Shown piece after piece: positions 11,401 through 21,378 of a stretch of 64,000 nt of DNA (positions are counted from its first letter, which is position 1; each line of letters starts with the position of its first letter). The notes below the pieces were generated by a model. The model was not told the origin of the DNA and did not search any database. It saw only the letters and a program-made list of their open reading frames with translations. Position numbers and translations under genes: made by a program. The DNA comes from Cyanidioschyzon merolae (taxonomy: Eukaryota): the NCBI GenBank assembly GCA_000091205.1, contig AP006502.2; one strand, written 5' to 3'.

Positions 11401-12802
11401 GCGCTTGGATGCCGTGGGCATGCGAGCGCTTGCTTTCCAGGTTGAATTCCCATTGACTCTAGTTTTGGCGGACATGGAGCGCACTGGTGTCTATGTAGCG
11501 CAGCAGGAGTTGCGCGAACTAGAGGAAAAAATGGAGCGCGAATTGCGGGATATTGAGACGCAGATCTATGCACTTGCAGGAACAACCTTCAACATTCGTT
11601 CTGCGGATCAGCTTGCGCGAGTGCTCTTCGAACAACTCGGTGTTGACGCGCCGCTGAGAACGCCCGGAGGCAAAGCAAGCACGGCGGATCGGGTGCTCGC
11701 TGCCTTGGTGCGACGCTACGGCCAAGAAGGAGAGCGGGGTACTGCGGCGCTTGTTGGTGCGTCACCCCGAGAACATGGTGCTGAGGCATCTGCAATCGAT
11801 GCTTCGAAGGCGTCCCGGGCGGCAAGCATTGCGGCGCTGACCCAGGAATATCGCCAGATTGCAAAGTTGCTGTCGACGTACGTTCGCGGTCTGGTCGGCC
11901 ACATTGACCCGAAGACGCAACGCATTCATGCTACGTTTCATCAGACCGGTGCGATTACGGGACGTCTTTCGAGTTCCGCACCCAATCTGCAGTCGATTCC
12001 GATCCGCAGCACCCGAGGTCGCGCACTGCGGAGCCTTTTTCGGGCGACACCGATCGACACGGTGCATCGTGCAGGCGGTACTGAGCCAGCCGGCAATGTA
12101 CTCATCTCCGCGGATTACGAGCAAATCGAGTTGCGCATTATTGGAGCATTGAGTGGGGATGCGGTGCTTCTACAGGCTTTTCGTGATCAAGTCGATGTGC
12201 ACGCGACGACCGCGCGACATCTGTTCGGTCTGCCGTTTGACGCAAAAGTGAGTGCAGCGCAGCGCACCGCCGCCAAGGCGATCAATTACGGGATTCCCTA
12301 CGGCGTCACTGCTTACGGGCTGGCCCAGAATCTACGAATATCTGTGGCAGAGGCACGAAAGCTCATCAGGGAATACCACGATGCTTTTCCGGGTGTGGCA
12401 CGGTTGAAGCGGGAGCTCCTGGACAAGGCACGGGCCACGGGATATGCATCGACGCTGCTTGGGCGTCGACGCTATCTGCCAGCGTTGCATTCCCGCAACT
12501 ACGCCGAGCGTACTGCAGCCGAGCGCGCTGCCGTGAATATGCCCATTCAAGGAAGCCAGGCGGATATGATCAAAGTCGCGATGGTGCGAATCTGGCAAGC
12601 GCTGCGTTCGCAGCACCTACGAACCCGAATCGTGATCCAGATCCACGATGAACTCGTTTTCGAGGCACCTGAGTCGGAACTCGCCTCCGTGATGCCTCTT
12701 ATTCAAGTGCAGATGGAGCGTGCGCTCATCCTGCCGAACGATGTTCCCGTGAAGGTGCGCATTGGATACGGGGTGTCATGGGCAGCTGCGCACGCCCCCT
12801 AG
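8447..12802 (+). CDS. Family A DNA polymerase of bacterial PolI type, with an N-terminal 5'-3' exonuclease domain (organellar PolA-like). The ~280-aa N-terminal extension and the exact start are uncertain.
   Basis: 5'-3' exonuclease/FEN region (LFLVDALSIVYRSYYAF...FEADDVIGTLAALANHNGYRVVIVSNDKDFKQLI). Polymerase motif B (RRTAAKAINYGIPYGVTAYGL) and motif C (VIQIHDELVFE). ATG at 8447; alternative internal Met near 9299 (MASDAQDQWLPTLFLVD). Confidence 0.85.
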   Translation: MFAVCWYSLPRPPLTNGPPERVPVSAWQNARLTRTRSGRRVWFSVSTGCNDTRYTNLCEWMGSEALAAKIYAKQRKLVEARLKSAAFCSFGRQNRSSFRLWLLLPTRPRISCGSERVRELCLVSSFSFRLCCCFMASVRSSHGCCERSRKVPLTWGTPWAGRLLLSLAVLRTASRARRCVRGPELSVVRLLLSTTSKQRGRVRQSGARWRSTSCGGSQSGFCSLADVKTRPSPPAVRCLAQGPEAASASAQWSVPANSRTGPWTQTTGIEHANKNASPAHEAGVMASDAQDQWLPTLFLVDALSIVYRSYYAFQKNPLYSSSGINTSAIYGFIQTILLLLQKYNPEALAVVFDSHTTEPGPGSFRQLLFPKYKANRERMPDGVRDALPYVKRAIHQLGLQSFELESFEADDVIGTLAALANHNGYRVVIVSNDKDFKQLIKAGWVRLLRPTRSSGSGGFDEVTEADLAAECGTSIRPQQYPDVLALAGDAVDNIPGVPGIGIKTAARLIRQFSSIEDLICNLDAIEPPRIQEKIISKADELLRNKVLAKIHQNVPLEKLQSERSPSADAGNELVTDAPAYDAMWIASCRRGPWQLNALLTLLRELDMEALSRRIQYLARSLGQSDHEKRTSASARDSLETGFMAAPRERLDSPLANDEVINQPLASEQEIPPDSQHNNLHDHVDDRLQPAAGPARDVPFTSVTDDSATAVPGSAQESTRSTSAQSAELRPNSASVPANWSADELSMYLGAPLRYQIMEADALLHFLDGSGTHEPIGLFMAHVMPETRRRPRHRTKEAAAAPADAVNTVRLSPNSADATTTTTTTTTTNTHTTAATAAVAEHPLILMGIATDQGNAAGAVLPATAPWLDTWLRQLRERLDQAHQRHVGFDLKHVLRFLLARDDVRADGVWIDPAVAHALLYPEEAFERPELLAKRYLGDLGVALWNRYVEAPLTSASTSETRTEALALAAAFQADLARHIFHRQVTRLDAVGMRALAFQVEFPLTLVLADMERTGVYVAQQELRELEEKMERELRDIETQIYALAGTTFNIRSADQLARVLFEQLGVDAPLRTPGGKASTADRVLAALVRRYGQEGERGTAALVGASPREHGAEASAIDASKASRAASIAALTQEYRQIAKLLSTYVRGLVGHIDPKTQRIHATFHQTGAITGRLSSSAPNLQSIPIRSTRGRALRSLFRATPIDTVHRAGGTEPAGNVLISADYEQIELRIIGALSGDAVLLQAFRDQVDVHATTARHLFGLPFDAKVSAAQRTAAKAINYGIPYGVTAYGLAQNLRISVAEARKLIREYHDAFPGVARLKRELLDKARATGYASTLLGRRRYLPALHSRNYAERTAAERAAVNMPIQGSQADMIKVAMVRIWQALRSQHLRTRIVIQIHDELVFEAPESELASVMPLIQVQMERALILPNDVPVKVRIGYGVSWAAAHAP
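10891..10925 (+). repeat. (ACA)n/(ACT)n trinucleotide run encoding poly-Thr (TTTTTTTTNTHTT) inside the polymerase linker region.
   Basis: Direct reading of acaacaacaacaacaactactactactactaat. Confidence 0.9.
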
Positions 12803-14427
12803 TACGCTAGGCCGCACGAGCTTCACAGCAAAGTCGCCAACAGGTGCATGATTAGGGTGCACGGAGCTGGTTCACGGGCGCTGCTAGTATCTGAGGGGTT
12901 TCCGGCTTTTTCAAGATGTTTTTGGATGTGCACGCTTGCACGCCAGCGGTCAGTGTGAAATGAATATGGAACATGGAGCGAATCGCTCGGGAGCTGCTTT
13001 TCGATTTCGTGTAAGAGTTTTTCTACATAGATAATCACAAGATTCGAAGTGCAACAGCAATGGATTACGGATGGATGTGCAGGTTTCGGATGCTTCCTCG
13101 GGTTGTGCTCAGTGACTCCTTCGACGCTGCGCCGCTGGCATTCGATACGTCACTGGAATCAAGATGTTTCGCGTTGCCCTCGAATGACGGTTCATAAACT
13201 GATCGGTACGAGCACCCAATTCATACGTAGAGGCAACCGGTCTTCTCCTTTGCTTGCATGTACCATGCCGCAATGAATCACGCGTCAAGGATTTGATGTT
13301 TCTGTTTCCGTTTCAAGACAAGACACGGGCGGAGCAATGCGCGCCTCTTTACTGACGACAGCGTTCGTCGATTTCATCACTTGGCAACTGTTTGAGCGGC
13401 TCAGGTCGAAAGACCACCCAGCTTGTCGCGTGAAGGAATCCGTTCCGATCGAAATACAACTCGTATGCTATGTGTGGACGCCGCGGAAACGGCATTCCTC
13501 AGCCGCGTGGTGGCTTTCACAGCAGATGCTCCCAGAGGCACCGGTCTCTTTTGGATAGAATGCAAACGGATGTTGGATTCGGACTTGAATTTTCGCAACG
13601 ATCCATGGTAGTGGTGCCGAGGTCACTGCTTTGCACGAAGCGAGTGCAGACGTTACCAAGTCGCTCGACTTGTTCTCTAGCCTGGGTATTCCTTGCGGTA
13701 CCTGTTTCAACAAGAACAACATCGCGTTCCACAAATCCTCTATCGAACGCAATAACTCACGTGTGCATGTTCAGCAGACAGCCTAGTCACCGAGAGCATC
13801 GCCCAAAAGATGCTCGTGATCGTACGGTACGACGCGGCTCTCGGAAACGGAGCGCTACATCGAGGACTGCTCTGGTGCCGTCAAGAGCGTGCTCCGAGAG
13901 AGGAAGCGCGCGTTCAGTTGGTACAGGGCAGCATACGGAGCCGGGGTCGTTTTGGACGCATAGCAACATCTGACTGCGGTCGAGTGTCACCGCTGAGCAG
14001 CGCGCATTGCTGCTGTATAGGCTAAAGATCAAAACGGGAAGCGAAATGTAAATGACAACCACCGACTGTTCATGAAATGCGTTTAGACGAACCGGAAGCG
14101 ATTGAGTCGGGGCTTGAACGCTGCTATCAACGTGCTTCTACGGATGACAAGGGAGCTAGAGGGAAAAGAGAGACGACAAGGAGGCAGTCACAGAAAAAGG
14201 TCGCCGAGTCTGCCATTCACGACACTGGGGAGACACTTGAACGTTAGCGTGCATGCCCGAATGACAGGACACGATCCATTCTATTCTGAGATGCGTGTTT
14301 GATCATACCTAGATGCGTCTGTTCACGACAGCATATGAACAGGGATTTCCGAGCCTACGATCACTGGCATGAAACCTGATTCGAGCGACGTCTACCGAAT
14401 GCAGTGCACGGGTACCCGGTGGTCGCT

Positions 14428-16644
14428 TTACGAGTGCAGACTCGGAGCTCCTGCTTCGACGCTTGTTGTTGTCGCTGCTGCGGTGTCAGCGTGATCTGCC
14501 GCCTGTTCTTCCATGAATCGTGTCTGTGTTGTTCGGTCGGTCTGATTCTTTGTCAACTCTCGCAAGAGCATCGTAGCATAGCTCGACGCTGGCAACTGGA
14601 AACAAAGAACACATGATAGGAACCTGGACTCAACAGGTGCGTCATTGACATTCATGATAGACTGAGCATCACGAGCAGGCAGCCCGCTAAGATCAGTGTC
14701 TAGCAATGGCTCCCTGGGCGATTCGTGTCGAACAAAGCGGTATGTTAGGCGTTCAGGGCGAACCAGCACGCGGCGATATGTACCACGCATGGTATACTGC
14801 TTACACAAGGCGGGCGCGTCGGTGCCCATCAGGGAAACTCCGTAGGTCTCCACGAAGCGCCGATATGCTCGCGCTGCCGCCGGGCACGATATTGCCTCGG
14901 TCTGCAGACCAGGCACTGGAACCACCAAATCGAAAATGGTGTAGCGTTGGCTATCAATGTCCGCTTGGGTGACCGGATGGACACTGACTGGAGCGAACCC
15001 CGAGGTCGTCGCGTCAACAGTCGCTTTCGACGCAGTGCCTGCATTGTCCGCATGCGTCAAGCTTGGTGCCGCAGATTCTGGATCAGTTACGGTATCTGTG
15101 GCTGGTGCGGAAGGCGCATCATCATCAACATCACCATCATGATCATGATCATCATCGACAATGGTATCAGCATCGGCGATGGTATGGGCGCTGGGTGCAC
15201 CTGCAGGGACAGGCTCCAGGACCAGGTCACCAGGATGCAGCTCTTTTGCGCCAAACGCCCGAATGCGTTCGCTAGCCATTTCATTCCAGACGTAGCTCTG
15301 AACGGCGTGCAGGTACAAGGTGCGTAAATTTCTCGGCAAACTGTGGAAGATGGCAGGCAAGTCACGTGCTCCGTACTGGCATTCGGCTTGCAACAAGCGT
15401 TTCTCCAGATGCAATCCGCGCTGTACAGCACGCGGTAGCGCTGCAAGTTGAGTCAGCGCTCGTGCCGCGTCTCGCTCTCGTAAATACGCTTCCAAAATGG
15501 GCCGCACGTAACCCACGCGAAGCGACTGCTGCTCATCGCGTGTCTCCACGAGACTTGCTGTGAGGATCAGATCGAGTGCTTCGCGCCATTTGCCTCGCAA
15601 CAACGCCAAACCTATATGATGTGTTGGCACACGTCCGGAGCCAAAGCGTTGTAAACCATAGTAATTGATAAAGCCGTGCTCCCGGAGCGATACGATCGCC
15701 GAGTCGACCTCTTCCAGCGCGTTCGGGGCAAGCGATCGCAACACCAGTCGGAAATAATTCCCCTGGAGTTGACCTAAGCGCAGGGGTTCCTTTGTGCAGC
15801 GGAAACCGCCGACTCGAATTTGCGGGGCTCCCGAGTCCGCGTCGACTTGGCCAAAGGCTCTTTCAACTGCTTTCTCGAGGCGCGCTGGCGTGCATTGCCA
15901 TATGCGCATCTCTTGGGTGGTAACGCCACGCCGATCCTTGGTGCCGGCGTAGGTGAATGCATTTGGCTTCAGGCCCAGCGAACGTGCTAGACGCATGACG
16001 ACTTCGTTCGTGTCCAGGTTCTGTTTGCAGAGGAGGAAGCGCAAGTAGCTGCCGCCGTGACGAGCGCAACGCTCCCGTCGATCGCAAGCGCGGCGTCGTT
16101 TGGCAGCGCGCAATCGTGCAGCCGACTCCTGAATAGAATCCGGGTCCGAACCAAGAAGTGCACGACCATCTTCGTCTGTTGGATAGACCTGGATTTGATT
16201 CGAACTGTTCGTGACAGAAGCAAATCGCGGTGCAAGCACGCGCAGCGCAGTATGACGGGCACGGCGCCGGTCCTTGTCCGGGCAAACCGTGAGGGTCAAG
16301 ATCGTCGCCCCGGCAGTCGCTGGTGCTGATGCTGGATTCCAGTGGTTTTGCACAAACTCTAATATGCGGTCAGTTTCTTCCGCATCAAATACTGCGCCAA
16401 AACACTCACGAAGAGCGTCTAGCGGCAACTCGGCGGTGACGGTGCGCCCCCGAGCGTCACTGTCTGGGAACGCTGAAGCCTGGGGCGCGTGCTCCAGCTC
16501 CTGGCGAAGAGACAGCACCTGACCGCTAGAATCCACTTCATGTACGACAAAGTCACTAAAAAGCGTTTTAATGGTGGCGTGGAAGCCAGTATGGTGTGTC
16601 ACGTACTCTGTGATGCCGAGGGCGTGTTCGCTATGCGCGCCCAT
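14428..16644 (-). CDS. tRNA pseudouridine synthase, Pus7/TruD family.
   Basis: TruD/Pus7 catalytic motif AGTKDRRGVTTQEMRIW. N-terminal FSDFVVHEVD motif. ATG confirmed at 16644 (cat on the + strand). Acidic DDDHDHDGDVDDD insertion. Confidence 0.8.
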   Translation of the reverse strand: MGAHSEHALGITEYVTHHTGFHATIKTLFSDFVVHEVDSSGQVLSLRQELEHAPQASAFPDSDARGRTVTAELPLDALRECFGAVFDAEETDRILEFVQNHWNPASAPATAGATILTLTVCPDKDRRRARHTALRVLAPRFASVTNSSNQIQVYPTDEDGRALLGSDPDSIQESAARLRAAKRRRACDRRERCARHGGSYLRFLLCKQNLDTNEVVMRLARSLGLKPNAFTYAGTKDRRGVTTQEMRIWQCTPARLEKAVERAFGQVDADSGAPQIRVGGFRCTKEPLRLGQLQGNYFRLVLRSLAPNALEEVDSAIVSLREHGFINYYGLQRFGSGRVPTHHIGLALLRGKWREALDLILTASLVETRDEQQSLRVGYVRPILEAYLRERDAARALTQLAALPRAVQRGLHLEKRLLQAECQYGARDLPAIFHSLPRNLRTLYLHAVQSYVWNEMASERIRAFGAKELHPGDLVLEPVPAGAPSAHTIADADTIVDDDHDHDGDVDDDAPSAPATDTVTDPESAAPSLTHADNAGTASKATVDATTSGFAPVSVHPVTQADIDSQRYTIFDLVVPVPGLQTEAISCPAAARAYRRFVETYGVSLMGTDAPALCKQYTMRGTYRRVLVRPERLTYRFVRHESPREPLLDTDLSGLPARDAQSIMNVNDAPVESRFLSCVLCFQLPASSYATMLLRELTKNQTDRTTQTRFMEEQAADHADTAAATTTSVEAGAPSLHS

Positions 16645-17592
16645 CAGAAAAGCTGTGCACGAGCCCTGTCTCTCATAGGAGCACTGCTGCTGTGGAGAAT
16701 CAACCAGTTGATTTCTTTACACGCACAGCAAACGGGTGCCTGTGGTGTACGCAAGTCGCTGTCGCCGTACGTGAGCGGAAATGAAAAGCTGTGCGTCCTG
16801 CAAACGAACCAGTTGCCAAGCACAGCGGGAGAAGCTCCACGGCGGACGTTTGAGGATCATCGCCAGAGCGGCAGGCCTGCGTCATCGCACGCGTCGGAGG
16901 CGCTGCACTGAACAATCAGCAATTTTTTATGAAGGAATATGGAAATCATGGTATATTTGGGATTGTCCGCTTCGATCGCTGGCCTGTGGTGCCGCACGAA
17001 TGTCGCTGCGACGACAACTGCTGCTTGCGGATGCGAAACAGTGAGCACATGGCACCAGTGCAGCGGGATCGAGGGCCATTCCCTCGTTCATACGTTCTGT
17101 AGTCGCGTTAGTCCGTCGATGGAGTTGCAAGTGAACAGTTTAGAGACGTTGGAGCCTCAGGAGCACAGCATACCCCGTACACGGGTTGAGGGAGCCGGCG
17201 CGCTGCCTATTTTATCACGCATCACGAGCAAACTTTGGGAAGCTTTCGGTTGAGAAACTGTTTCCTGAAGCCACGATCAAAGCGCTGGCGATGCGTCTCG
17301 AATGACACACGAAATTCCCGCTTTAACCAAGAAAGAAAACGGGAGCACTTTTTGAAAGCGTCGTGGCTCGCAGCAGAATCGACGCAGGGGGAAGAGCCCT
17401 CGCTGAACAGGTGCAATCCATGGACGAGGGTTACGAGACATTAGGGGCGTCGTTTGCTTCCCCTGCTGCTTTACTTTGCGATAGCGCGGAATCTCGAGCC
17501 GTGCCTGCTCTCGTGAGCGTGGAGGCGCGACGATGCAGTGCTTCCGAGCCAAAATCGGAGTAATAGAGCGTGACCTCATTATGGACCCGTTT

Positions 17593-19191
17593 TCACAAGG
17601 GATTACGAAGAACCTTTTCCAATACGGTGACATTCGGCGCGGCCACAGCACGACGTGCTTTAACGTGCGACAAGGCATCCTCCAGCGTCATGCCGCGGCG
17701 CCACACGAGGTAGGCGACAACTACAGCGGGCGCTCGACCCATTCCTGCGGTACAGTGCACGTAGACGACGCGCTTCGCCTTGAGCGCCGCATCAAGAGCG
17801 CGTACGGCATCCGGAAGCAACTGCATGAGCGCCTCCGCATTAAAATCCGGAATCGGACAACGGATGACTTGCATCTCTAGTGCTGTATATGTCTCCATCA
17901 GCGTCGACCAGGGAATACTGCGGTGTGCAAAGTCCTCATCGGTCTGTAAATTCAAAACAGCCGTAATCCCCGCCTCATGCATCATTTCGACATGCTCTGG
18001 AGTTTGTGGGTAGGGCCCTATGTAAATGTCCGGACATATTTCATCAAATTCTAACGAAGCGACAAAATTTGCATCGAAACATTCGAGGCGCCCGTTCACC
18101 GCTCGTTCTAGTGTTGCATAGCGATTCGGTTCTCGTTCCCAGATCGTTTGCTGGCGGTTATCGTCGACTAGCACATAGCGATAGGCGAATTTGCCCACCG
18201 TGGATGGCACTGAAACCGTCAAGGACCAACGTCGGCCCTTGCCTCCTGTTTCCAAACGCTCCTCAGTAGTTGAGAGGGCCATGGGTACTGGACCCGGTTC
18301 TACCCACCGACCGATTTCCGGAAGATCGCCAGTGACACAGAGATGCTGCTTCTCTTTGGTAGGATAGTATATTGAGAACAGCACACGCGTACGCTCCCAT
18401 TCCACTTCAATCAGGCAGCCGTCCTTCGAGTTTCTCTGGATCACGGCTCTTCGGTTGGGTCCGGTTTCCCAGAGCGCACGCTGCGGATCTCCGCCTATAA
18501 GACGCACGAATTTGAACTCGAAGCTTGTTTCGGGTACAAGGTCTACCTCGCCTTCCCAGCAGTCACGGAACGGTGTATCCACTTGGCATTGATGACGGAG
18601 CCGGAGCGCTTTCGCGGGCTCCCAGTTGCCCAATTTGTCGTGACTACCAGCGGCGACGACAGCATCGCCAAACTCCGTGTGGCAGTAGACGCGGAATAAA
18701 GTCGGAATCGTCGGGGTTACGCTTCGATCATTCTTTGAGATCGTGTCCGCAATGTCTGAAGGAGGCCCAGGTACAGAGATATCCTCGGAAGCACCCCGTG
18801 CGGCTGGTGTTGACTGCGCACCAGACGAATCAGCAGCTGGCTTTGACGGAGGCTCAGGTACAGAGACACCCTCGGATGCAAACCGTGCGGCTGGTGTTGA
18901 CTGCGCACCAGACGAATCGGCAGCTGGCTTTGATGGAGGCCCAGCTACAGAGACTCCCTCGGAAGCACGCCGTGCGGCTGGTGTTGACTGCGCACCAGAC
19001 GAATCAGCAGCTGGCTTTGACGGAGGCTCAGCTACAGAGACTCCCTCGGAAGCACGCCGTGCGGCTGGTGTTGACTGCGCACCAGACGAATCAGCAGCTG
19101 GCGCTCTTGCCATCGACGGCACCCGATGCCGGCTTTCCGAGCCTGCCTGGTCGTTTGTGTTCCGGCGATCCGATGTTCGTATACGCGCCAT
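17593..19191 (-). CDS. Laforin-like glucan phosphatase: N-terminal 26-aa tandem repeats, two CBM20 starch-binding modules and a C-terminal dual-specificity phosphatase domain.
   Basis: DSP active site VHCTAGMGRAPAVVVAYL (CX5R). Two CBM20-like blocks (FRVYCHTEFGDAVVAAGSHDKLGNWEPAKALRL; VLFSIYYPTKEKQHLCVTGDLPEIGRWVEPG...KFAYRYVLVDD). ATG confirmed at 19191. Confidence 0.8.
   Translation of the reverse strand: MARIRTSDRRNTNDQAGSESRHRVPSMARAPAADSSGAQSTPAARRASEGVSVAEPPSKPAADSSGAQSTPAARRASEGVSVAGPPSKPAADSSGAQSTPAARFASEGVSVPEPPSKPAADSSGAQSTPAARGASEDISVPGPPSDIADTISKNDRSVTPTIPTLFRVYCHTEFGDAVVAAGSHDKLGNWEPAKALRLRHQCQVDTPFRDCWEGEVDLVPETSFEFKFVRLIGGDPQRALWETGPNRRAVIQRNSKDGCLIEVEWERTRVLFSIYYPTKEKQHLCVTGDLPEIGRWVEPGPVPMALSTTEERLETGGKGRRWSLTVSVPSTVGKFAYRYVLVDDNRQQTIWEREPNRYATLERAVNGRLECFDANFVASLEFDEICPDIYIGPYPQTPEHVEMMHEAGITAVLNLQTDEDFAHRSIPWSTLMETYTALEMQVIRCPIPDFNAEALMQLLPDAVRALDAALKAKRVVYVHCTAGMGRAPAVVVAYLVWRRGMTLEDALSHVKARRAVAAPNVTVLEKVLRNPL
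18765..19105 (-). repeat. 78-bp tandem repeat, about 4.3 copies, encoding the 26-aa repeat PAADSSGAQSTPAARRASEGVSVAEPPSK in the phosphatase N-terminus.
   Basis: The same 78-nt unit recurs head-to-tail in the nucleotide sequence. The reverse-strand ORF 18743..19321 is an antisense artefact of the repeat. Confidence 0.9.
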
Positions 19192-21378
19192 ATCAGATCA
19201 AAAGTGCAAAAAATCAAAAGCGTTGCGCACAAACCTATATCGGATAGCGATGGTACCGCATGCGCTTGGAAAGATCCGGTGCGCTTGGAGGCATGTAGTG
19301 GGCGGCGTGCGGCTGCAATGAGCGCATCATCATGCAGCGTCGCAGATGCGACGCAGCCTGAACGCCGTGGAGGCCATGCGTTGCGCGCGCTGTCTCATGG
19401 TAGAGGATGGATAAATCGGACCAGTATCCCGCGGGTGCACAAATGCTACCAATCCATTGGGAACAGATTTCCGTTCCTCGACACCCGCTTCCTCGTGCTG
19501 GAATAGCTAGAGCAGCCATTGCCAGCGGAACAGAGGCTGGATCGAAGTTTCCATGACGTTCAGTATGCTGGCTCTATCACAGGCGTCTATTATTGTGTTG
19601 CTGGGATGCGCTCGCGCTGTTGCCCTGCGAGACAGGGCGGCTCCGCGATACCCATATGGGCATCGGCTCCGGGTCTGAGCGCGTTCTGCATGTTTATGGT
19701 GCTTTGCCCGTGCAGGTGGTGGTAAAGTGTCCAAGCACTCGGCAATATGGAGCGGGCGGAACTCGCAGTCGATATACCGTGGAGTGCAGTATTTCCAGAG
19801 CTTTATCGATGCTTAAAGTCAAGGCTCTGCCTCCACAAAACCACGATACCCATAAAGGATGAACGAGACGCATCGTGACCTCCGGTTCATGTCACTTTGT
19901 AGAATCTAGGCCCGACTCAGCAACCCAACGAGTGTCATTCGCAAACAGAAACGTTTCGCGAGATACCCCAGCGTGTGTCCGCTCAGGGGGGTACGCGACG
20001 CATCGCGCCTACGGCAGGCAACGCGCGAGCTGCTCCGTAATGCGAGCGAGCACTGGATCCCTTCTCGCCAAGCGTTCTCCAGTCTATTGGTGCTCAGTGG
20101 ATGCACCATATAGATCAAAAATCGAACAAGCAGATGACCCACTGGAGCGCGTCGACGACGTATTCGTTCTCAACATGCGTCGATCTGCCTGTTGTCATGA
20201 GTTGGATGCATCTCTGGGGTACAATGCACAGCGAAGGATTGTGTCCTTTTGTCAAGACTACAAAATCTGCGACTGCTGCGGCAGCGGCGGTGGCGCATGC
20301 GCCGAATAAAAAACCCCTTGTACAGTGCGGCAACTGGCCCGGTACGCTTTCATGTTCGTCGGAGGGCATGACGAGCACACGCCGTCCTCTGGGCACTGCA
20401 AACAAGACATTCTTGATTGCGAGGTACTGCAATGCTCTGTATCGATATCGCTGATAGAGATCGTCTGCGTTGCATTTTGGGAAACGACCGGAATCAAGCG
20501 TGACGTTCTGATCTAGCTGTCATTCGCGATGGCCTGGTTAGGTCGTAGCTGAAGCAGCACTGGCTTCTGCGCTCACGGTTTCGCTTCAAGTCCAACTGGG
20601 TACGGTCCCAGGCATTCGCGAGGGAGCGATTTTCGCTATTCTGTGGATTCCACTAGAACTGGGACCCGCTCTCGTGGCGGGCGTCACTGTAGATGACATC
20701 GATGACGCAGATCGAGAGCATGACGCTCTTCGACACCGCTCTCAAAAGCAACGCTCCGTTTCCCCGAACCGATCTCGAAGCTACGACCTAGATTCCGATG
20801 CGTTTCGGAAGAGCGACGCCGTACCGTTCTGTGTAGCGCATGCGCTCGTCTCTGCAGTGAACTGTACCAGATCAGACGGTTGTCAAGTGTTCACGCTCTT
20901 GCGACGTAAGGATCGCAACAGAACCACTCATGAATCATGACCTGTCCAAGTAGGTTTACCGCTGTTGTACGGCATAGCCGCAGCGATTCATCAGAAGCGA
21001 CGAATTCGACGACAAGAACCAATGCACGTGTGGATCGTACCGCTCGGTTTTCGACGGCCCCTCGAGCTCCAATATGCAACGACCCGAACTGCCACAGCGA
21101 TTGCACCGCAATGTCCCCGCCAGACACCGTCGCCAAACGCGCTTTTCTGCTTTCTGAATGCGCTGCGCTGAACCGAGAAGCAATCCAAACCCCGGTCTCT
21201 GGGACAGGAGCCTTGCCCGTTCGCCGCACTGGAACGATGCAGTACCGCGCATGCACCAGATATCTCCCTATGAAAGTTAGCGAGTCCGTTCCGAAATGCG
21301 CAGGCCCGCGTACGCTTCCATTCGACGGCTAAAACCCGCAGTTCATCAAGTTCGGGAACGCAAGCATGCAGACACCAT

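Noticed and set aside
14947-15327. ORFs 14947..15327 and 15063..15275 (His-rich: HHHQHHHHDHDHH).
   Set aside because: Antisense to the Pus7 coding sequence. They are reverse-strand shadows of its acidic DDDHDHDGDVDDD insertion.
18743-19321. 192-aa + strand ORF full of repeats (AAGVDCAPDESAAGFDGG...).
   Set aside because: Antisense shadow of the 78-bp tandem repeat in the laforin-like gene on the - strand. The - strand frame continues into the CBM20 and DSP domains.
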